A stretch of DNA of 64,000 nt from the NCBI GenBank assembly GCA_958295905.1, contig OY282382.1, forward strand, positions 4,034,887 through 4,098,886. Reading direction: 5' to 3'. A program made the translations under genes and the position numbers. How positions within the stretch are numbered: position 1 is the stretch's first letter; each line of letters begins with the position of its first letter. The DNA is from an uncultured Vicinamibacterales bacterium (lineage in GTDB: Bacteria > Acidobacteriota > Vicinamibacteria > Vicinamibacterales > UBA8438). The notes under the pieces were generated by a model. That model was not told the origin of the DNA and ran no database searches. It was given only the letters and a program-made list of their open reading frames with translations. Shown here in pieces: positions 49,121 to 59,437 of the stretch.

Positions 49121-50152
49121 CTACCGGTCGGCCGCGGCGGCGCGCTCGCCGGTCCGCTCGCCGCTCAGCACGTTGACGATGCTGTAGTTCCCCTCGTGGC
49201 ACGCGTACTCGAAGAGCGTCTCGTCGATGCTGCGCAGGGGCAGCTCTCCGGACCACGGGCTCGTCCAGCGCGACGGGTCCTCGACGGTGAACTGGTAGCG
49301 GATGGTGTCGGGGCCGACCCGGGTGAACCGTTCGATGACGCGAAGGCTCTCGGTGCGGCCGCCGTTGGCGGCCCGGATGCGGACGACGTCGTTGCCGAAC
49401 GACGAGCCCTCCTCGCTGCGGGCGATGCGGCGGGTCTCGACGACGAGGGTGTCGCCCTCCCAGCGGCCGCGCATCTCGCCAAGCCACTGCGGAACCGGCC
49501 GGGCCGGGCGCGGGCGGCCGTCGAGGGGGATGATGCGCGTGTCGTGGATCATCTCGACGTGGATGACGACGTGGTCCGGCGTCTGGAGGATCAGGTAGTT
49601 GTTGTTGTAGCCGGTCGGCAGCATCGGCGGCCCCACCGACCACAGCATGCAGCGATCGTTGAGGTCCAGGTCGGTCCAGGTGTCCGCCGGACCGCGTTCG
49701 GCCCGCGCGGCGAGGCGGGCGTCCTCGTCCTGCTGCGCGGCCGGCGTCAACGGCGGGATTCGGCCGTCGGGCGGGTCGACGACGATGGACGTCTGCCCCG
49801 TCGAGGTCGTGCCGCGGTCCAGCCAGAAGTTGTTGTAGAACCCGGGGGCCCCGTCCTCCCCCACGTCCACGCTCTCGGTGACCGCGGTTCTCCGCGCCGG
49901 GCGCCGCAACAGCGCCGCGTTCCGGTCGGCGACCTCCCGTTCGAGACTCGCCACCTCTTCTGCGCTCAGCCGCTCCTGCGCCGCCAGCTCGGCCGGCCGC
50001 TGGAGTGGCGTGATCGTCTTGTTCGTGTAGGCGCCCTGCAGATCAGGATCGCCCCACGCGGTGCGCGGCGCCGCCGGCTGGCCGGCCGCGGAGACCGGCG
50101 GGAGACCGGCGAGGGCGAGCACGATCGCGGCAGCGAAGGATCGAACCGTCAT
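49121..50152 (-). CDS. Exported hypothetical protein (paralog 2)
   Basis: Same motifs as 47863-48861; GGAGG upstream. Confidence 0.75.
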   Translation of the reverse strand: MTVRSFAAAIVLALAGLPPVSAAGQPAAPRTAWGDPDLQGAYTNKTITPLQRPAELAAQERLSAEEVASLEREVADRNAALLRRPARRTAVTESVDVGEDGAPGFYNNFWLDRGTTSTGQTSIVVDPPDGRIPPLTPAAQQDEDARLAARAERGPADTWTDLDLNDRCMLWSVGPPMLPTGYNNNYLILQTPDHVVIHVEMIHDTRIIPLDGRPRPARPVPQWLGEMRGRWEGDTLVVETRRIARSEEGSSFGNDVVRIRAANGGRTESLRVIERFTRVGPDTIRYQFTVEDPSRWTSPWSGELPLRSIDETLFEYACHEGNYSIVNVLSGERTGERAAAADR

Positions 50153-50503
50153 CTCAACCTCCGTGGGCCGCACGACCCCGATCGCCCCCCAACGTCGGTC
50201 TTACCTCGACGCCGGGAGTGGCTGCTTCCATTGTGCGGCATCCGACCGATCCATGCTACGCCGTCGGGGGTCCTGCGACAACCACGAACCGCCGCTCGCC
50301 GGCGCTCAGCCACCGCCGTGCGCAGGCAGCATCGTGGCGGGTCCTGGGGCTCCGGACGGGCGGAATCGTGGGTCTCACGCGGCGCCGGCCGGTCGGCAAG
50401 ACGGTGGCGACCCTTCGAATCGGGGCGGACCGTCACGCGCAGTCAGCGTGGGATGCTCCTGGGCGCTCGCCGGAGCGCGGTTTCCGCGGCCCCTGGACCG
50501 ATC

Positions 50504-50679
50504 CAGCCCGTGGCAGAGCCCCGCGTTGCGCCGAGAACGGCGGGGCGCCCGGCCTGACCGGCGTGACGAGGACGTATTGAGGCCGATTGCAGCCGCGGAC
50601 CGCACGCAGCCGACGAACAACGCAGTTCAGGCGGGCTCCACCGCCGCTCGAAGGCAGCGGGGACACCCGCCACGGGCGG
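50504..50679. mobile_element. MITE-like repeat family B, copy 2
   Basis: Termini GCCCGTGGC...GCCACGGGC; internal CCGACGAACAACGCAGTTCAGGCGGG. Confidence 0.65.
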
Positions 50680-50754
50680 CCGGGACGGCCGCTTCGGGGT
50701 AATCTGAACGAGAAGCCGGGACACCCACCGCCACCGCCATCCGGGAGGCCGACC

Positions 50755-52206
50755 ATGAACCGCTGGTTTGCGACGTCGATCGTCACGAGTCTCGTTATCG
50801 CCGGCGCGGCCGCCTCCGCGGCTCAGACCGGAGACACGGGGCACGGTGAAGAGCACTTCAACACCCGGCTCGTCGGGATGCACGACCTGCAGGCGCGCTC
50901 CGCCTACCAGCCCCTGCCGGTCCGCCAGGGAACGCGCCGCATCCTGTACGTCGGTCACCACGCCGGAGAGCGGCTGAATCCGCTGACCGGCGCGGTCGAG
51001 CCCAACGGCACGTCGGTCGTCGACGTCACCGCCCCCGACGCCCCCGTCTATCTGACGCACATCCCGGCGCGGGAAGGCGCCAGCGGCGCGCAGATGGTGC
51101 AGGTGTGCGCGGGCGATGCGCTGCCGCGGGCGGCGGGCGGCCGGTTCTACCTGCTCCGGTCGAACGGCAATCAGAGCCACGAGGTCTGGGACGTCACCGA
51201 GCCGGCCCGGCCCGCCTTCGTGCGGACGGTGGCGGAAATGGGCCGGACCCCCACCGGCGAGCAGCACACCCACAAGAACTGGTGGGAGTGCGACACCGGG
51301 GTCGCCCATCTCGTCGGGACCGCCGACGGATGGCGCGCCCCCCGCATCCTGCAGATCTTCGATCTGGCGGACCCGGCGGCGCCGCGGCGCATCCGCGACT
51401 TCAGCCTGCCCGGGGTCCAACCCGACGCCGGCGGCCCCGTGCCCGGCGGGTCGGGCGTGCACGAGGCGGTCAGCCTGGGAGACCGCGTGTACCTGGCCTA
51501 CGGCACCTCGGCCAACGGCGCGGTGCAGATTCTCGACCGCGACCGGCTGCTGCGCGGCGATCCGGACGCGGCCGCGCCCCTCGCGGCGAGTCCCGCGGCC
51601 CTGGCGTTTCCCCAGATCGGCCGGGTCGATCTGCCGTCGTTCTGGGGCGGGCACACCGCGATGCCGCTGCTCGGCGTGCCCATCGACGACTACGCGGACA
51701 ACCGGGACCACGCGACGCGGGACTTCCTGTTCGTCGTCTCCGAGTCGGTCGGCAACGCCTGTCAGGAAGCGCGCCACGTCACCCTCATGCTCGACATCAC
51801 GGACGAAGCCCATCCCCTGCCCATCGCCACCTTCCAGGTGCCGGAATCGAGCGGGGGGTTCTGCGGGCGGGGCGGCCGCTTCGGCCCCCATGCGCCGCAG
51901 TGGTCGATGGAGCCCCCGTTCTACGGGAAGCTGATGGTCGTGTCGTGGTTCAACGCGGGCGCGCGCGCGATCGACGTCCGCGATCCCTTCAACCTGGAGG
52001 AGGTCGCGTACTACATCCCCGCCACGACTGAGCGAACCGACGAGCGGTGCGCCGCCATCGACGGCGTCGAGACCTGCCAAGTGGCCATCCAGACCAACAA
52101 CGTCGAGGTCGACGACCGCGGGTTGATCTATCTCGCCGACCGCGCCGACAGCGGCCTCCACATCGTCGAGCTGACGGGCCGGGCCGCCGCCATCCTCGAG
52201 AATTAG
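50755..52206 (+). CDS. Exported LVIVD-repeat beta-propeller protein
   Basis: Signal peptide; SVVDVT.P, QIFDLADP, MLDITDE, AIDVRDP repeats; GGAGG upstream. Confidence 0.8.
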   Translation: MNRWFATSIVTSLVIAGAAASAAQTGDTGHGEEHFNTRLVGMHDLQARSAYQPLPVRQGTRRILYVGHHAGERLNPLTGAVEPNGTSVVDVTAPDAPVYLTHIPAREGASGAQMVQVCAGDALPRAAGGRFYLLRSNGNQSHEVWDVTEPARPAFVRTVAEMGRTPTGEQHTHKNWWECDTGVAHLVGTADGWRAPRILQIFDLADPAAPRRIRDFSLPGVQPDAGGPVPGGSGVHEAVSLGDRVYLAYGTSANGAVQILDRDRLLRGDPDAAAPLAASPAALAFPQIGRVDLPSFWGGHTAMPLLGVPIDDYADNRDHATRDFLFVVSESVGNACQEARHVTLMLDITDEAHPLPIATFQVPESSGGFCGRGGRFGPHAPQWSMEPPFYGKLMVVSWFNAGARAIDVRDPFNLEEVAYYIPATTERTDERCAAIDGVETCQVAIQTNNVEVDDRGLIYLADRADSGLHIVELTGRAAAILEN

Positions 52207-52442
52207 CTCCTGGTGAAGAGCCGACCGCCGAAACAGCCGAGCCCGGTGCGGCGCTTGTGAGCCCGTATCCCGCATGCCAGAATTAGCACCCGTCACCTGC
52301 GTCGCCGCAGGCGCCGCCTTGGTGCTCTGGGACGGGGTCCCGGCCACGTCGGTGATCCGAGCTGGCGATGGACGCCGAAGACGGCGCCCGCGACGCGCCG
52401 TACGACAGGGAACGGCGCGCCGCGACCGTTCGGAGCGGACCC

Positions 52443-53855
52443 ATGACGCACGGCCTCCGGATGCCCCCCGACGTGATGCGCGAGCTGGCGACGCACGTCA
52501 CCGAAATTCTGGTCGAGCGGAGCGCGAGCTTGCGGGACGGCCGCGCCTGGGACGGCGAGTTCAAGCAGGATCTCCGGGAACGGCTGCTGGAGCCCCCCCC
52601 CGAGACCGGCCGGCCGCCGCGCGAGGTGATCGACCGCGCGGTGCGCGACGTCCTGTCGCCGATCATGCGGCACGATCACCCCCGGGCCTTCGGATTCGTG
52701 CCGTCGGAACCGACGTGGCCGGGGGTGCTGGCCGACTTCCTGGCGACCGGCTTCAACGTCAACGCGGCCACGTGGCTGAGCGCAAGCGGGCCAAGCCAGC
52801 TCGAAGCCGTCGTGATCGACTGGTTCCGGCGCTGGCTGGGATACCCGGAGACGGCGGGCGGCGCGTTGACCAGCGGCGGCTCGGCGGCGGCCCTGGACGC
52901 CTTGGTGGCGGCGCGCGAGGCGGCCGGACACCCGGCGCGGGCCACCGTCTACATGAGCGACCAGAGCCACAGCGCCCAGATCCGCGCCGCGCGCATCATC
53001 GGCATCCGCCCCGACCACCTGCGCCTGCTGCCGGCCGGCGCCGACTTCCGTCTCGATCCGGCGGTCCTGGCCGGCGCGGTCGAGGCGGACCGCGCCGCGG
53101 GCCGCATCCCAATCGCCGTCTGCGCCAATGCCGGCTCCACCAGCACCGGCGCCGTCGACCCGCTGCCCGCGGTCGCCGACTACTGTACGGCGCACGGCAT
53201 CTGGCTGCACGTCGACGCCGCGTACGGCGGTTTCGCCGCGATCACCGAGCCGGGAGCCCGGCGGCTGCGCGGCATCGAGCGCGCCGACTCCATCGGCCTC
53301 GATCCGCACAAGTGGTTCTTCCAGCCGTACGAGGCGGGCTGTCTGCTCGTCAAGGACGTGCGAACGCTCGAGCGGGCCTTCGCCATCCACCACGACGTGC
53401 TGCAGGACTCCGTGTGGGGCGCGAACCATCCGAACCAGGCGGACCGCGATCTGCAGTTGAGCCGCCGCGACCGCGCCCTCAAGATCTGGATGTCGGTGCA
53501 GATCTGCGGGCTGGCCGCGTTCCGGGCGGCGGTGGCCAAGGGTATCGAGCTGGCCGAGCGCGCCGGGCAGTACGTCGTCGACAGCCCCGTCATGGAGCTC
53601 ATGACGCCGGTCTCGCTGGGCATCGTCTGCTTCCGGGTCAACCCCGGCGAAGGGGTCGGCGGCGAGAGGGCGCTCCACCAGCTCAACCGAAAGGTCCTCG
53701 CCCGCGTGTTCTGGGAGGAACGGGCGTTCATGTCGTCGACGCTGCTCCACCGGAGGTTCGCGCTGCGGATGTGCGTCATCAATCACTCGACGAGCTGGGA
53801 CGACGTCCGCGAGACGCTGGAGACCATCGAGGGCTTCGGCCGGGAGGCGCTGTGA
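52443..53855 (+). CDS. Group II PLP-dependent decarboxylase (aromatic amino acid/glutamate decarboxylase family)
   Basis: TSGGS, SDQSHS, AGSTSTGAVD, WLHVDAAYGG, DPHKW. Confidence 0.9.
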   Translation: MTHGLRMPPDVMRELATHVTEILVERSASLRDGRAWDGEFKQDLRERLLEPPPETGRPPREVIDRAVRDVLSPIMRHDHPRAFGFVPSEPTWPGVLADFLATGFNVNAATWLSASGPSQLEAVVIDWFRRWLGYPETAGGALTSGGSAAALDALVAAREAAGHPARATVYMSDQSHSAQIRAARIIGIRPDHLRLLPAGADFRLDPAVLAGAVEADRAAGRIPIAVCANAGSTSTGAVDPLPAVADYCTAHGIWLHVDAAYGGFAAITEPGARRLRGIERADSIGLDPHKWFFQPYEAGCLLVKDVRTLERAFAIHHDVLQDSVWGANHPNQADRDLQLSRRDRALKIWMSVQICGLAAFRAAVAKGIELAERAGQYVVDSPVMELMTPVSLGIVCFRVNPGEGVGGERALHQLNRKVLARVFWEERAFMSSTLLHRRFALRMCVINHSTSWDDVRETLETIEGFGREAL

Positions 53856-53944
53856 GATCCACGCGCCGCGCCGCAAGGCGGCGCCGCTCCCGCCGTGCGG
53901 ACCGCGGCCGCCGCCCCCGCACCAGCGCGCTTCCCGCGTCGCCC

Positions 53945-54230
53945 CCCCGACCAGCTCCAGCCCGGTGCCCGAACCCCGCCTCGACGCCCGTAAATCTACG
54001 GCGATGTTCGGGTGGTCGAGCGAGGCCGGCAGCTCGGCTTCCCGCTGGAACCGGGCCAGCCGATCGGGATCGGCGGCGAAGACGTCCGGCAGCAGCTTGG
54101 AGGGCGACGCCGTGGATCTACCAAGTGTCGCGCGCGCGGCAGACCTCGCCCATTGGAGGGCGACGCCGCGGATCTGCCGGGTGGCGCGGGCGCGACCGAC
54201 TTCGCCCATGCCGCCGGCGCCGAGGACGCC
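53945..54230 (-). pseudogene. Ser/Thr protein kinase N-terminal remnant
   Basis: LGAGGMGEV, KLLPDVFAADPDRLARFQREA, SLDHPNI, LELV; interrupted by a short duplication and lacking the catalytic loop. Confidence 0.75.
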
Positions 54231-54254
54231 GGGGCGTCCCTCCCTGCCCCCGGC

Positions 54255-55838
54255 TCACGGCCGGAGGGCAGGCGTGCGCACCGGCAGCCGGCGCGCCCGG
54301 GTCGCCTGCTCGAAGGCGTAGCCCAGAGCCAGCAGGCGCGGTTCGTCGAACGCCCGCCCGAGGAAGGAGATGCCGACGGGGAGTCCGTCGCCGGTAAAGC
54401 CGGCGGGCACGATGAGATCGGGAAAGCCGGTGAGATTCGCGTACCGCGTCGCCGAGCGGCCTCCCCCGCCGGAAGGCGCGGGGGCGGTGTCGACCCGCCC
54501 GGGTCGCCGGGGCGACGTCGGATACACGATCGCCGCGAGATCGTCGGTGTCCATCAACCCGCGGATCACGGTGCGCACCATCGGCAGACCGTGCCCGAGC
54601 ACCGCGCGGTACTCCGGGTCCGACAACCCGCCGCTCGCGTCCTCCTGCCGCATCAGGCGCCACCGGCCGGGGTTGTGCCCCGCCCCATGGGACGGCGCGG
54701 TGAGACGCACCGACCGCTCGACGAGCTCGGCGAGGTTGGCGGCGAATCCCGGCTGCAGGGTCGCCAGGTACTCCGCGATCTGGGCCCGGAACTCACGGTA
54801 GCGGACCACCGTGTAGAAGTCGCCGCTGACGTCGAGCAGCCATTGCGGGAACCGCACGTCCACGATGGTGGCCCCGGCCCCGCGCATGACGTCCAGCGAC
54901 GCCTCGACGACCCAGTCCACGTCGCCGTCCTGGCCGAGGAAGTCGCGGGCGATCCCGATGCGGGCGCCGGCGAGCGCGTCGGGATCGAGATACTGCGTAT
55001 AGTCCGTCTCGGAGCGCCCGCGGTTCGCCGCGGTGGCCTCGTCGGCGGGGTCGCGCCCGCTCAGGACGCCGAGCGCGGCGGCGACGTCGTACACGTGCCG
55101 GGCCATCGGACCGGCGGTGTCGAACGACAGCGCGAGCGGCACGATGCCGTCGCGGCTGAGCAGGCCCAGGGTCGGCTTCAGCCCGGCAATGCCGTTGGCC
55201 GTCGACGGCGAGCGCACCGATCCGCCGGTGTCGGTCCCCAGTCCGAACTGCGCGTACGCCGCCGCGATCGCCGCGCCGGTGCCCCCGGACGATCCGCCGG
55301 GCGTCCGCACCAGGTCGTGCGGGTTGCGGGTGCGTCCGCCCAGCGAGCTGATCGCCCCGCCGGACGCGAACTCGCTCATGTTGACCTTGGCGAGGACGAT
55401 CGCGCCGGCGTCCCGAAGCTTGCGGACCAGGAAGGCGTCGTCGGGCGGCATCGAGCCCGCCAGCATGACGGATCCGGCGGTGGTCGGCAGATCCGCGGTA
55501 TCGAAGTTGTCCTTGAGGACGACGGGAACCCCGTGCAGCGGAGACCGCGCCCCGCCCTCCCGCCGCTCCGCGTCGAGGGCGCGGGCGCGGTCGACGGCAT
55601 GCGGATTCAGGGTGATGACCGCATTGAGCGCCGGGCCCGCGTCGTCGTACGCGGCGATGCGGGCCAGGTAGCGCTCGACGAGCTGCTCCGAGGTCAGCGT
55701 CCCCTCGTCGAACGCCCGGTTGAGATCCGCGATGGTGGCGGAGGTGACGTCGAGGGTCTGCCCGCCGGCGGCCGCGGCGCCGGCGAGTCCGAGCAACAGG
55801 ACCAGACCGAAGCGCCGGCGGAAACGTTGTGTGCTCAT
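54255..55838 (-). CDS. Amidase-signature family protein (exported)
   Basis: LHGVPVVLKD, GGSSGG, GTDTGGSVR (Lys-Ser-Ser triad). Confidence 0.92.
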   Translation of the reverse strand: MSTQRFRRRFGLVLLLGLAGAAAAGGQTLDVTSATIADLNRAFDEGTLTSEQLVERYLARIAAYDDAGPALNAVITLNPHAVDRARALDAERREGGARSPLHGVPVVLKDNFDTADLPTTAGSVMLAGSMPPDDAFLVRKLRDAGAIVLAKVNMSEFASGGAISSLGGRTRNPHDLVRTPGGSSGGTGAAIAAAYAQFGLGTDTGGSVRSPSTANGIAGLKPTLGLLSRDGIVPLALSFDTAGPMARHVYDVAAALGVLSGRDPADEATAANRGRSETDYTQYLDPDALAGARIGIARDFLGQDGDVDWVVEASLDVMRGAGATIVDVRFPQWLLDVSGDFYTVVRYREFRAQIAEYLATLQPGFAANLAELVERSVRLTAPSHGAGHNPGRWRLMRQEDASGGLSDPEYRAVLGHGLPMVRTVIRGLMDTDDLAAIVYPTSPRRPGRVDTAPAPSGGGGRSATRYANLTGFPDLIVPAGFTGDGLPVGISFLGRAFDEPRLLALGYAFEQATRARRLPVRTPALRP

Positions 55839-56057
55839 GTCAGGGCTCCCGGAATGCAAAACGGAACATCGATGCCGGTCGCGACGCGCCGTGGTCCGCT
55901 CCCGCCGGCGACGCCTCGGGCGCCCGCCCGCGTCGTCCACCCGCCACCGCTCCGAGCCGCGTCGTCCCTGACCAGATACGACGCAGGCCGCTCCCACCGG
56001 CTCCACCGGCGGCGGCCCGGGATCTCCGGCAGATCCCGGTCGCAGGCGACGACCGCC

Positions 56058-56483
56058 TCAGCCATCGCCGCGCTCCGATGCGAGTTCCTGATCGGTCAAG
56101 CCGTTGGCCAACAGATACTCCCGGATACGCTCCGCAAACTCTCGCGCCCGCTCGCATTCGAACCGCGATTCTTCGCCGACGAAGGAGATCCCGGCGTCGT
56201 AGTCCGCCATCAGGCGATCGTCCATGCTTCTGCCCAGATGCTTCGCCCACGACCTTTCGATGCGTCCAGTACGGACAAGGTGTTTCCCGAACATCCGTCT
56301 TGCGCCGGCATGACTCGCCACCGCCACGTCGTGCACCAGCAAAGCCGCCTTGGCGGCGTGCAGAATCGCATAATAGGCTCGGGACACCGCATCCTCGGGA
56401 TAATCTTCCCGCGCCAGAAGATCGGCCGCCCGCAGCGACTGCGCAGACCTGCGCCACTCTGCCAGCACGACCTCACGATTCAC
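56058..56483 (-). CDS. HEPN-domain protein
   Basis: AVSRAYYAILHAAKA, SH.G, R..ADY. Confidence 0.88.
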   Translation of the reverse strand: MNREVVLAEWRRSAQSLRAADLLAREDYPEDAVSRAYYAILHAAKAALLVHDVAVASHAGARRMFGKHLVRTGRIERSWAKHLGRSMDDRLMADYDAGISFVGEESRFECERAREFAERIREYLLANGLTDQELASERGDG

Positions 56484-56815
56484 AGGACCGACACCCCATC
56501 GCGCTCCACCGCCTGCTGAAAGGGATAGCCGCGTCGCTTGTGATCATCCCATTCTTCCTGCGTGTAGGCGAGAATCGACGGCACGGCGTCGGACGTCGCG
56601 GCCAAGTCGTAGCCGATCTCCCGCAAGGGACGCTTGAGGTGGCCGGCGCCGTCCTCCACCACGAGGAGCACGTCGAGGTCGCTGTCTTCGCGGGCGTCGC
56701 CGCGCGCCTTGGAGCCGTAGACCACCATGCGCGCGACCACCCCGGGATGACGCGTCCGGAGGGCGCGCCGGTATTCGTCCAGCCAGACCTGCTCCGCGGC
56801 GTCGAGGGTCAGCAT
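56480..56815 (-). CDS. Minimal nucleotidyltransferase (MNT)
   Basis: YGSKARGD..DSDLDV motif; GTGA overlap with the HEPN gene. Confidence 0.9.
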   Translation of the reverse strand: MLTLDAAEQVWLDEYRRALRTRHPGVVARMVVYGSKARGDAREDSDLDVLLVVEDGAGHLKRPLREIGYDLAATSDAVPSILAYTQEEWDDHKRRGYPFQQAVERDGVSVL

Positions 56816-57201
56816 CGTTCACACCTGCGCGTCGAAGACCTGGGACGTATCGTTGCCCACCCTTCCCGCGGGGATGTAGTCGTCCCTCTCCACCGCACGT
56901 CCCCTCAGTGTCGACGATCCGGCGCATTTTGTCCCGGTTCTGCCGGAAGTCGTGGAATCACCGCGCGAACGTGGAGTCCTTTCGCCCGACCGCTGATGGG
57001 ACGCACGTCGGAAGGGACAGGAGCGGTCATCGGGGAACTCACCGCGAACCCAGGAGAGCCCCCCATGGCAGGAGAATTACGCCCGCCGCCGGCCCGCGGC
57101 GCCTCGTCACGCTCGTCAGCCCCCCCGCTGTCCGACGGCGCCTCGACGCCTCGGTGCAACGCGGGACTCACCCGGGCCGACGAGACCGACTCCCCCGCGC
57201 A

Positions 57202-59196
57202 CTACCCCTCCGGCAGCGCGAACGCGACGAGACGGGCGTCGGGGCCGGCGCCGGTGGCGATCAGGATGAACTGCCGGCCGGCGCGCGAGCGGTAGGTCAT
57301 CGGGTTGCCGCTGGTGCGGAACTCGGTGGCCACCCGGGTCACCTCGCGGCCGGTGGCGGCGTCGAACGCGTACAGGTACGGGTCGCCGCCGCCGAGGAAG
57401 ACGAGTCCGCCCGCGGTGACCATCGGACCGTTGGCGCCGGGGGTGCCGAGGCGGTCGGGCAGGTCGACGCCGCGCAGCAGCGGGTGCGCGCGCATGATGC
57501 GGCTGCCCTCGCCGAACGGCACGCTCCAGGCGAGGTCGCCGGCGTCAAGATCGATGGCGACGAGCCGCGCGTAGGGCGGCTTGACGAGCGGAATCGGCCC
57601 GAGGCGGCTGCGCTCCGCGGCGATGTAACCGCCCAGCCCGCGGAAGATGCCGGCCGAGCCGCCGCGCGGGCAGTTGTTGGTGTAGGCGACGTCGACCTCC
57701 GGCAGGTCGGGATGGGTCTCGCAGACTTGGTTGGCCGACACCCCTTCCGAAGTCCGCACGTAGAGCCGGTTCGTGGTCGGGTCGAGCGCCGCGCCGCCCC
57801 AGTTGGCGCCGCCGTCCACCCGCGGCCGCTGCAGCGTGCCCCGCAGGCTGGGCGGCGTGAACAGCGGCCCGAGCCGGTAGGTCTGCAGCTCCTCGACCGC
57901 GAGCCGGTGGATCTCGGGGGTCAGGTCGTTCGCGTCGTCGAGCGAGACCCCCTGCCGGGCGAACGGCGGCGGCTTCGTGGGGAACGGCTGGGTCGGATAC
58001 ACGACCTCGCCCGGCACGTCGGTGTCGGTGTCGACGGGGCGCTCTTCGATCGGCCAGACCGGCTCGCCGGTCACCCGGTCGAACACGTAGGTGAACCCCT
58101 GCTTCGACACCTCGGCCACCGCGTCGATGGCCCGGCCGCCGACGTTCAGCGTCATCAGGTTCGGCGCCGACGTGAAGTCGTAGTCCCACAGCCCGTGGTG
58201 CACCGCCTGGAAGTGCCACTCGCGCTCGCCGGTCCGCGCGTCGAGGCAGACGAGCGACTCGGCGAACAGGTTGGCGCCGAGACGCCGGCCGCCCCAGTAG
58301 TCGCTGCTCGGGGTGCTGGTCGGCACGTACAACAGCCCGCGCTCGGCGTCGAGGGACATCAGCCCCCAGACGTTGGCGTGGCCCGTGAAACGCCACGACC
58401 CGCCCTCCCACGTGTCGGCCCCGAACGCGTCGTTCGACTGCGGCACGGTGTAGAAGACCCAGCGCCGCTCGCCGGTGCGGACGTCGAACGCCTGCACCGA
58501 ACCGGGGGTGTCGAAGCGTTGCTGGATGCGGTCGGGCACCCGGCTGCCGACGATGACGAGGTCCTCGAAGACCACCGGCGGCGACGTCTGGTCGAACATC
58601 TGGTGGGTCACCGGGTTGGGAAAGTTCTCGGTCAGCAGCACCCGGCCCCCGTCACCGAAGGAAGAGACCCGCGAGCCGTCGGCCGCATCGAGCGCATAGA
58701 GGCTGTCGCGGCTGTTGATGAAGACCCGCATCCCGCCGCCTGAGCCCGCCGCCCGGTTGTCGTTGGCCGGCCAGACCGCGACGCCCCGATGCTTGAAGCC
58801 GCCCGGGGGACCGCCTTCCGGACCGGTGCGCCAAGCCTCGGGATCGAACGCCCAGAGCTGCTCGCCGGTGTCGGCGTCGAGCGCGGCCACCCGCGTGTAC
58901 ATCGTCGAGACGTAGACGACGTTGTCGATCATCAGCGGCATGACCTCGAAGCTGCCCGGCCGCGTCCGGAACTCCTGGTTCGGCAGCTCGTTCGGCTCCC
59001 ACGTCCAGGCGACCTCGAGCGTCTCGACGTTCGAGACGTCGACGTCGGCCAGCGGCGAGTACTTCGACGCCCCCTGGTCGGCCCCGACGTAGGGCCACTC
59101 GACCATGCCTCCGGACCGGTCCTGCGCCGCCGCCGTCACGCCGGCCAGGGCGGCGGCGAGGGCGGCGGCGACCACGCGGTGCTGCTTCGTCTGCAT
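57202..59196 (-). CDS. PQQ-dependent glucose/quinate dehydrogenase-like protein (soluble, exported)
   Basis: KYSPL, HRGVA.W, VHHGLWDYD, KQGF.YVFDR.TG.P.WPIEE, GGANWGG. Confidence 0.9.
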   Translation of the reverse strand: MQTKQHRVVAAALAAALAGVTAAAQDRSGGMVEWPYVGADQGASKYSPLADVDVSNVETLEVAWTWEPNELPNQEFRTRPGSFEVMPLMIDNVVYVSTMYTRVAALDADTGEQLWAFDPEAWRTGPEGGPPGGFKHRGVAVWPANDNRAAGSGGGMRVFINSRDSLYALDAADGSRVSSFGDGGRVLLTENFPNPVTHQMFDQTSPPVVFEDLVIVGSRVPDRIQQRFDTPGSVQAFDVRTGERRWVFYTVPQSNDAFGADTWEGGSWRFTGHANVWGLMSLDAERGLLYVPTSTPSSDYWGGRRLGANLFAESLVCLDARTGEREWHFQAVHHGLWDYDFTSAPNLMTLNVGGRAIDAVAEVSKQGFTYVFDRVTGEPVWPIEERPVDTDTDVPGEVVYPTQPFPTKPPPFARQGVSLDDANDLTPEIHRLAVEELQTYRLGPLFTPPSLRGTLQRPRVDGGANWGGAALDPTTNRLYVRTSEGVSANQVCETHPDLPEVDVAYTNNCPRGGSAGIFRGLGGYIAAERSRLGPIPLVKPPYARLVAIDLDAGDLAWSVPFGEGSRIMRAHPLLRGVDLPDRLGTPGANGPMVTAGGLVFLGGGDPYLYAFDAATGREVTRVATEFRTSGNPMTYRSRAGRQFILIATGAGPDARLVAFALPEG

Positions 59197-59210
59197 CGGG
59201 ATGCCTCACT

Positions 59211-59437
59211 CGACGTTGGTCGCCATGACGGCCCGCCCCGCAACGGCACCGACGCCGGCCGGGTTGGTGACGCGGCAGCGGAGCCGCCAAGCGACGGGCT
59301 ACGGCCTACGGGAAGTTCGTCTTCACGACGTTGTCGCCATGACGGTCCGCCCCGCAACGGCACCGGCCGGGTTGGTGACGCGGCAAGCGGAGCCGCAAGG
59401 CGACGGGCTACGACCTACGGGAAGTTCGTCTTCACGA
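59211..59437. repeat. Imperfect tandem duplication (about 115 bp x2) including the 3' end of the oxidase gene
   Basis: CGCCATGACGG..CAACGGCACCG..GGGTTGGTGACGCGGCA..CTACGGGAAGTTCGTCTTCACGA occurs twice. Confidence 0.85.

Noticed and set aside
50504-50679. Family B repeat as an integron attC site (GAACAACGC resembles an R'' box)
   Set aside because: No matching GTT-containing R' end, no integrase and no cassette array; the termini look like MITE inverted repeats
52293-54209. 638-aa minus-strand ORF as a full Ser/Thr kinase
   Set aside because: Only the first 90 or so residues resemble a kinase; the rest is antisense to the decarboxylase
40916-59196. Lanthanide dependence of the two PQQ dehydrogenases (DLD, WDYD)
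   Set aside because: The DxD test is diagnostic only within the XoxF/ExaF clades; glucose-DH-like enzymes have WDxD regardless
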